Assembly (NCBI GenBank): GCA_044237545.1
Contig: JBIIFB010000002.1
Span: forward strand, 1-56,940
DNA length: 56,940 bases
Direction: 5' to 3'
Source: Pirellulales bacterium
Lineage (GTDB): Bacteria > Planctomycetota > Planctomycetia > Pirellulales > UBA1268
Numbering within the stretch: position 1 is the stretch's first letter; each line of letters begins with the position of its first letter. The notes below the pieces were generated by a model. It saw only the letters and a list, made by a program, of their open reading frames with translations. It did not search any database and was not told the origin of the DNA. The position numbers were made by a program, and so were the translations under genes. This document shows, one piece after another, positions 50,614-56,940 of this stretch.

Positions 50614-50938
50614 GGCTTGTATCAGGGGCTTGTATGAACCCTTCCCATAAAAGCCCTCGGCGTAAGCCGGGGGATCGGCAGCAAGGAATCCCGTCGCTCA
50701 CGCTCAGGGCTTGTATGAAGCCCGGCAGCAAGGAATCCCGTCGCTCACGCTCAGGGCTTGTATCAGGGGCTTGTATGAACCCTTTCCCATAAAAGCCCTC
50801 GGCGTAAGCCGGGGGATCGGCAGCAAGGAATCCCGTCGCTTACGCTCAGGGCTTGTATGAAGACCGGCGGCAAGGAATCCCGTCGCTTACGCTCAGGGCT
50901 TGTATGAAGCCCGGCAGAAAGGAATCCCGGCGGTCACG
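50614..50938. repeat. composite tandem array of repeat family A (full 88/89-nt units plus 47-nt deletion variants)
   Basis: The super-period is about 141-142 bp (ggcttgtatcagg at 50614 and 50755). The order is short-full-47nt-short-full-47nt-partial. In the first full unit, arm 1 is 50651-50675, the loop is 50676-50687 and arm 2 is 50688-50712. Confidence 0.9.
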
Positions 50939-50950
50939 AGGAGCGGCGTA

Positions 50951-51400
50951 TCACGCGATCGGAGTTGCGTCGGTTGCCACCGCCCGCCGGAGCAGGAACC
51001 GCGTCACGAGGTGGATGAGAAACCCGACTGGGCCGGAGAGGAACGTGAGCACGAGGCTGATCGTGCGGAGCGGCCAGGGGATGCCGAGTCGAACCGCATC
51101 CCGCGCGATCCAGGCGCCGACCACCATGTCGAAGACCAGATAGTGGGTCCACGCGGCCGCGAACACCCAGTCATCGGCGAACACGGCGCGGAGGCCGTCG
51201 ATCGTCATCACATCGCCGGGCGGCGGGCCATTCTGGAAAAGCTTCCAGCCGATCACGGCGGCGTAGCAGGCGGCCAGCAGGCCGGGGATCACCGTCGCGC
51301 AGAGCAGATGCGACACGAGCCGTCGGCCGGGAAAGAGTACGAGCCCGACCCAGGCCAGGAGGGCGACGGTGTTCGTGATCTGAAAAAATAGTTGCGGCAT
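50951..51400 (-). CDS. DUF4281 (ABA4-like) membrane protein
   Basis: MPQLFFQITNTVALLAWVGLVLFPGRR...GLRAVFADDWVFAAAWTHYLVFDMVVGAWIARDAVRLGI matches the ABA4-like/DUF4281 pattern as I recall it. Confidence 0.8.
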   Translation of the reverse strand: MPQLFFQITNTVALLAWVGLVLFPGRRLVSHLLCATVIPGLLAACYAAVIGWKLFQNGPPPGDVMTIDGLRAVFADDWVFAAAWTHYLVFDMVVGAWIARDAVRLGIPWPLRTISLVLTFLSGPVGFLIHLVTRFLLRRAVATDATPIA

Positions 51401-51529
51401 GACTGGATCATAGACTGCCGGCCAGTTGTTGGCCCCAGAAAACGCTTGACATCACCCCTGCCGCGGCCGATACTTCTGGTACTGAACAGGTGTTCTTATG
51501 CCACAACCCTCAGCCTCGGAGTCGGTCCC

Positions 51530-51784
51530 ATGACTGCCGCGAACTTGCGTCAACTGCTCAAGCAGCAGCCATTCAGGCCGTTTCGGTTGGTGATGTCGAG
51601 CGGCGAGTCGTACGAGGTCCGTCACCCGGAGATGGCCTGGGTCGTCAAGAACGACGTTCTCGTCGGCACCGACATCGAGGATGACGGCATGCCGGCCGAG
51701 TTTCGGATCTGCCCGCTTCTGCACGTTGCCACCGTCGAACCGGTGAATACTGAGTCGTCAGCACAGGAGCCGCGGAACGGCTGA
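51530..51784 (+). CDS. hypothetical small protein
   Basis: The ATG at 51530 gives MTAANLRQLLKQQPFRPFRLVMSSGESYEVRHPEMAWVVKNDVLVG.... From memory, similar small proteins (..F.PF.I..S.G..Y.V.HPE..) are common in planctomycete genomes. Confidence 0.5.
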   Translation: MTAANLRQLLKQQPFRPFRLVMSSGESYEVRHPEMAWVVKNDVLVGTDIEDDGMPAEFRICPLLHVATVEPVNTESSAQEPRNG

Positions 51785-51789
51785 AGCGC

Positions 51790-51833
51790 GAGGAGCGTTC
51801 GGCTACCACGGCCTCCGCAACGAGGCTTCTGCC
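51790..51833. repeat. degenerate copy of repeat family B
   Basis: gaggagcgttcggctaccacggcctccgcaacgaggcttctgcc aligns with the copies at 53351-53398 and 54625-54672, but most of the hairpin is lost. Confidence 0.5.
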
Positions 51834-51984
51834 ACCCGCGGCGTACAACAGCCGCCCTCTGACTGAAATCATTCGCGCGCATAGCGGATTCCCACCGCCA
51901 CAGACGGCCGCCGCTGCTTGCGGGTCTTTCCCGGGATTCGTACAACTTCCAGTCTCGATCCGAGGCCGATTTCAAGTGTCACCG

Positions 51985-52012
51985 ACAGGGGTTTTTCTAC
52001 AGGGGTTTTTCT
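51985..52012 (+). repeat. perfect 14-bp tandem duplication abutting a start codon
   Basis: acaggggtttttct occurs twice (51985-51998 and 51999-52012), directly followed by the ATG at 52013. Each copy contains an AGGGG SD-like core. Confidence 0.95.
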
Positions 52013-53278
<1,266 letters not shown>

Positions 53279-53350
53279 ACACGCGAGGCTGCCCCTCCCA
53301 TGTCGCCGGACGTTCGCTACGTCGGCAAACGTAGCCGGGCGTGGGAGCTG

Positions 53351-53398
53351 CTCGACGAGCGTTAGGCCGCGCGGGTTCCGCGGCCTCCGCGAGGAGAC
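53351..53398. repeat. repeat family B copy with 8-bp GC hairpin
   Basis: The sequence is ctcgacgagcgttaggccgcgcgggttccgcggcctccgcgaggagac. The stem is aggccgcg (53364-53371) / cgcggcct (53379-53386) with a 7-nt loop. It is identical to 54625-54672 at 45 of 48 positions. Confidence 0.85.
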
Positions 53399-53488
53399 AG
53401 CTACCACGCCCGGCGGCGCATCACCAACCAGCCCCTCAACCCAGCCCCAAAACCCAGCCCTGTCAAACAACTCACAAAGGACGCCCCG

Positions 53489-54523
53489 ATGCCAACGCAC
53501 ACTGCCCCCAAACTTCATAACGCCATGTGGCCCGGACTTGTCGGCAAGGGCACTGATGCCGGCCAGGAGCCGCCGATCAGCCTTGATCGCATGCTCGAAC
53601 TGACCGCTGCGGCAAACGTCAACGGCCAGAAGTTCGACGGCATCGACTACTTTCTGTTTCTGCCGCATACCAATCCCGAGGCGACCGATGCCGAATTGAC
53701 GGTCATCGCCGACAAGATCGCCTCACATGGCTTCACGGTCGGGTCGCTGGTGGCGCCGGTCTGGCCGGGTACCGTCGGCGACTCAGCGATGGGGGACGCT
53801 GCCGCAAAGGAGAAGTTTCTCTCCGCCGTGAAGATGGCCTGTCGGATCGCGAAGGTCTTCGAGCGTCACGGTGTGCGGAAGTATGGCGTGATCCGGATCG
53901 ACTCGGCGGAGTTTGGCGTGAACACGTGGCGGGAGAATCCCAAGGCCAACACGGCCAAGATCGCCGCGACCTTCCGCGAGGCCGCGAAGATCGCGCACGA
54001 CAACGGCCAGCGGCTCGCCGCGGAGGGGGAGATCTGCTGGGCGGGGATGCACTCCTGGAAGGATATCCTCGACCTGTTCGAAGAGGTCGGCATGCCCGAG
54101 ACGCTTGGCTTCCAGGCAGATCTCGCGCACACGTATCTCTACCTTCTCGGCTACAACGCGCCTGAATATGCGCTCGTGCAGCCCGGCTACACGGAGGCCG
54201 AGTTCTACGCCGCTTACAGGCAGATGACCGACAAACTCCGGCCGTGGACGATCGACTTCCATGTCGCCCAGAACGACGGGCAGGTCCATGGTGCCGGGGC
54301 CCACGACAAGACAGGCAAGCACTGCCGGGCCGACGACCCTGCGGGCAAGCTCGACATCGTGAAGTGCTCGGGCTACTGGCTCGAAGGCGCCGCCGAACGC
54401 GGCATCCACCATATCTGCTGGGACGGCTGCATGTTTCCGAACGCAGCGCTTGAAAACCCCACCACCTGGAACACCATCCTCAAGACCATGATCGCCGTCC
54501 GCGACGCCCACGGCTGGGCATGA
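53489..54523 (+). CDS. sugar phosphate isomerase/epimerase (xylose-isomerase-like TIM barrel) family protein
   Basis: 344 aa. The ...RIDSAEFG...[15 protein letters not shown]...GFQADLAHT...[10 protein letters not shown]... pattern fits AP-endonuclease-2/xylose-isomerase-like barrels. AAGGA precedes the ATG. Confidence 0.85.
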   Translation: MPTHTAPKLHNAMWPGLVGKGTDAGQEPPISLDRMLELTAAANVNGQKFDGIDYFLFLPHTNPEATDAELTVIADKIASHGFTVGSLVAPVWPGTVGDSAMGDAAAKEKFLSAVKMACRIAKVFERHGVRKYGVIRIDSAEFGVNTWRENPKANTAKIAATFREAAKIAHDNGQRLAAEGEICWAGMHSWKDILDLFEEVGMPETLGFQADLAHTYLYLLGYNAPEYALVQPGYTEAEFYAAYRQMTDKLRPWTIDFHVAQNDGQVHGAGAHDKTGKHCRADDPAGKLDIVKCSGYWLEGAAERGIHHICWDGCMFPNAALENPTTWNTILKTMIAVRDAHGWA

Positions 54524-54624
54524 CACATATTGCAATCACGATTACCAACGTCCCATAAACCGCGCAACAACGAGCCTCGGGAGAAAAAGCCACTCCAGAC
54601 GCTGAGCGACGGGATCGGCGGAAG

Positions 54625-54672
54625 CTCGAGGAGCGTCAGGCCGCGCGGGTTCCGCGGCCTCCGCGACGAGAC
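54625..54672. repeat. repeat family B copy
   Basis: The sequence is ctcgaggagcgtcaggccgcgcgggttccgcggcctccgcgacgagac. It is preceded at 54599-54624 by a fragment resembling a family A arm plus loop (gctgagcgacgggatcggcggaag). Confidence 0.85.
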
Positions 54673-54717
54673 TTCTGCCGGCCCGGCGACAATCGACACC
54701 AGATTCACACTGCATTT

Positions 54718-54744
54718 CTGACTCACTGTCTTACTGACTCACTG
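54718..54744. promoter_or_regulatory. direct repeat ctgactcactg x2 (16-bp period) in an AT-rich tract upstream of the oxidoreductase gene
   Basis: ctgactcactg occurs at 54718-54728 and 54734-54744, followed by actttcttactttcac. Each unit contains the palindromic core TGACTCA. The repeats lie 54-80 nt upstream of the ATG at 54798. Confidence 0.4.
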
Positions 54745-54797
54745 ACTTTCTTACTTTCACACCACAAGTCCCCCGCTTTCCACGAGGTCACCACACC

Positions 54798-55934
54798 ATG
54801 GCAAAACCCCTCCGCATCGGCATGATCGGCTACGGCTTCATGGGCCGCGCCCACTCCAACGGCTACAACCGCGTCAAAGACTTTTTTGATCTGGAATACC
54901 TGCCGGTTCTGCAGGCCGTTGCCGCCCGTGACCCCGCCAAGGCAAAGGCGTTCGCTGACCGCTGGGGCTACCAGCGGGTCGAGACCGACTGGCGGAAGCT
55001 CGTCGCCGCCGACGACATCGATGCCATCGACATCTGCACCCCCAACAACCTCCACGCCGAGATTGCGATCGAAGCTGCCAAACATGGCAAGGCGATCCTC
55101 TGCGAGAAGCCGCTGTCGATGGACACGGCCGAGGGCGAGAAGATGTGCGCCGCGGTCGAGAAGGCCGGCGTGCCGAACATGGTCTGGTACAACTACCGCC
55201 GCATCCCGGCGGTCACGTTCGCAAAGAACATCATCGATTCGGGCAAGCTCGGCCGGATCTTCCACTACCGTGCCGAGTTTCTCCAGGACTGGACGATCAA
55301 CGCCGACCTGCCTCAGGGGGGCGCGGCCCTCTGGCGGCTCGACGCCGCCGCTGCCGGATCGGGCGTCACGGGCGACCTGCTCGCCCACTGCATCGATACG
55401 GCCTTGTGGCTCAACGGACAGGTTTCCGATGTCACGGCGATGACCGAGACATTCGTGAAGGAGCGGAAGCACCAGCTCACCGGCAAGGTTGAGAAGGTGG
55501 GGATCGACGACGCCTGCTCGTTCCTCTGCCACTTCAAGAACGGGTCGCTGGGCCTCTTCGAGAGCACGCGGTATGCCCGCGGCCACAAGGCCCTCTACAC
55601 CTTCGAGATCAACGGCGAAAACATGAGCCTGAAGTGGGATCTCCACGATCTCCACCGGCTGCAGGTATTTGACTACAGGGACGAGGGCCCGATGCGCGGC
55701 TGGAAGAGCATCCACGTCACTGACAGCGACCATCCCTACATGGACAAGTGGTGGGTGCCCGGCCTGGCGATCGGCTACGAGCACAGCTTTATCCATCAGG
55801 TGGCCGACTTCCTCGAGGCCTACGCGAAAAAGCAGCCAGCCCATCCGACCTTCCGGGACGCGCTCGAGACCCAGAAGGTCTGCGACGCTGTCCTGTCGAG
55901 TGCCAAGAGCCACCAGTGGGTCACCGTGGGGTGA
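54798..55934 (+). CDS. Gfo/Idh/MocA family oxidoreductase (cytoplasmic)
   Basis: [20 protein letters not shown] is a Rossmann motif. EKPL follows, then the typical C-terminal alpha/beta domain. Confidence 0.9.
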   Translation: MAKPLRIGMIGYGFMGRAHSNGYNRVKDFFDLEYLPVLQAVAARDPAKAKAFADRWGYQRVETDWRKLVAADDIDAIDICTPNNLHAEIAIEAAKHGKAILCEKPLSMDTAEGEKMCAAVEKAGVPNMVWYNYRRIPAVTFAKNIIDSGKLGRIFHYRAEFLQDWTINADLPQGGAALWRLDAAAAGSGVTGDLLAHCIDTALWLNGQVSDVTAMTETFVKERKHQLTGKVEKVGIDDACSFLCHFKNGSLGLFESTRYARGHKALYTFEINGENMSLKWDLHDLHRLQVFDYRDEGPMRGWKSIHVTDSDHPYMDKWWVPGLAIGYEHSFIHQVADFLEAYAKKQPAHPTFRDALETQKVCDAVLSSAKSHQWVTVG

Positions 55935-56940
55935 GGCTGCGATCTGCTGCGGGTATCGCTGCGACCCTCTGTGGCCTGGCGGTGCTCTACGGCTCGGCGG
56001 CGCTCGTGCCGCCGCAACGGTATGAGGTCGACGGCCTGTCGATGGCGCCCGGACTGCTGCCGGGCGATGTCGTTGCAACCGCCTGGTGTCCGATGCTCGA
56101 TCAGCTTCGCCGGCCGCAGCGGCATGAACGCTGGATTCTCGCTGCGCCTGATGGCACGCCCGCCATCAAGCGTGTCGTCGGCTTGCCAGGGGAAACCGTT
56201 TCGATCCAGGATGGCGATCTGGCCATCGGCGGCCGAACTGTTCTCACGCCTCCCCATGTTCTCGCTCAAGTGGCATCTTCCGTGGCTGAGGCGAGCATCG
56301 CTTCGGCCGCAGACGCTGCCAGCGACGACGGCTGGCAGAGAACCGTCTCGATGCCACGCGTGCTCGACGACGCGGCATGTGCTCCCGCGGAGCGGCGGAT
56401 GCTCCTGCCCGTCCGCGATGTCGGCCTGGCGGTGGTGATCCGGATCCGGGAGTCGCCGGCATCCAGCGCGAGCGCCGCAGTCGGTGTGCGTGTGCGTGTT
56501 CGCGTCGGCGGCTTCGTAATACCGTGGCAGATCAAGGCCGCCGGCCGCTACGGCCTGGTCGCCGGCCGACTTGACGGCCATCTGGTCGGCGCGGTCTGGC
56601 CGCTTGAGGATGGCGATGGCCAGACGAAACACACCAACTCCTGCCTGCCGCCGCTGCCGCCCACCACATGGGACATCGCGCAGCCGTGGCCTGAAGGGAT
56701 CGGCCTCGAAGCTGACGCCGCGCCGCCGTCGCTTGGGCTCAGGCTCGATGACGCAGGGCTCGATGCCACAGGCGGCGCGGGCCGTGACAAAGCCGATGCC
56801 CTCATTGAGCAGGTCGTGGTGTGGCGAGACCTTCTCCACCGTCCGGCCGCCGACGGCGTCGTGGAGTGGCGTCTTGGCCCCGGTGCCTTTCTCGTGCTCG
56901 GTGACTTCCCGTCGGGGAGCCGCGATTCGCGGCAGTGGGG
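55931..56940 (+). CDS. lepB: signal peptidase I, 3'-partial (runs off the window end)
   Basis: This gene is not in the ORF track. I checked the frame line by line and it is open for 336 codons from the GTG at 55931, which overlaps the upstream stop as GTGA. The TM anchor is [16 protein letters not shown]. The Ser box is [12 protein letters not shown]. The Lys box is [19 protein letters not shown]. The final box is [17 protein letters not shown] at the window edge. Confidence 0.75.
   Translation, partial: MRLRSAAGIAATLCGLAVLYGSAALVPPQRYEVDGLSMAPGLLPGDVVATAWCPMLDQLRRPQRHERWILAAPDGTPAIKRVVGLPGETVSIQDGDLAIGGRTVLTPPHVLAQVASSVAEASIASAADAASDDGWQRTVSMPRVLDDAACAPAERRMLLPVRDVGLAVVIRIRESPASSASAAVGVRVRVRVGGFVIPWQIKAAGRYGLVAGRLDGHLVGAVWPLEDGDGQTKHTNSCLPPLPPTTWDIAQPWPEGIGLEADAAPPSLGLRLDDAGLDATGGAGRDKADALIEQVVVWRDLLHRPAADGVVEWRLGPGAFLVLGDFPSGSRDSRQW

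Noticed and set aside
54723-56839. Minus-strand ORFs 54723-56078 (451 aa) and 55820-56839 (339 aa)
   Set aside because: They are antisense shadows of the Gfo/Idh/MocA gene and of the signal peptidase I gene. Both + strand genes have clear catalytic motifs.

Overview
This is a 56.9-kb high-GC bacterial chromosomal window. Hand counts of single 60-nt lines give about 60-75% G+C in most genes. The gene content points to Planctomycetota; this is an inference, not a database result. The supporting genes are two tandem PSCyt/DUF1549/DUF1553 + DUF1501 pairs, a 2,286-aa secreted repeat protein with an N-terminal ...LFEMLERRHAL... motif, TAT-signal Gfo/Idh/MocA oxidoreductases and a xylose-isomerase-like TIM-barrel gene. 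I support 44 CDS and 4 gene remnants. I found no rRNA, tRNA, CRISPR array or transposase.

Layout:
- (i) 0-4 kb: accessory patch with two intact DUF433/DUF5615 toxin-antitoxin-like pairs, a third decayed DUF433, a truncated partner of a DUF4926 gene, and an uncharacterised 3-gene operon.
- (ii) 5-8.2 kb: visibly lower-GC island (ADP-ribosylglycohydrolase, fasciclin remnant, aldehyde dehydrogenase) bordered by a decayed FmdB zinc-ribbon paralogue.
- (iii) 8.2-14.3 kb: dehydrogenase, MFS transporter, acyl-CoA synthetase, then an FmdB-tspO-CIA30 run and DUF1653.
- (iv) 14.8-19.7 kb: a wHTH regulator divergent from a dabB-dabA inorganic-carbon pump operon that has a near-consensus promoter.
- (v) 20.2-23.9 kb: HAMP adenylate cyclase followed by a cNMP-binding MscS (bCNG-type) channel.
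- (vi) 24.4-28.8 kb: aminotransferase, lipoprotein, photolyase and a 2OG dioxygenase.
- (vii) 29.1-35.9 kb: giant surface protein.
- (viii) 36-44 kb: (PSD + DUF1501) x2.
- (ix) 44-57 kb: oxidoreductases, esterase, a YdiJ-like FAD/Fe-S enzyme, a sugar-type cluster, and a signal peptidase I that the ORF track missed.

The most unusual signals are non-coding:
- A long-hairpin repeat family in tandem arrays at three loci.
- A second REP-like hairpin family that punctuates the sugar cluster.
- An AAAACTCNCCCCCAC motif cluster with an inverted copy embedded in-frame in a coding linker.
- Many short perfect tandem duplications placed at start or stop codons.

None of these matches a family I can name. 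All need genome-wide and transcriptomic checks.
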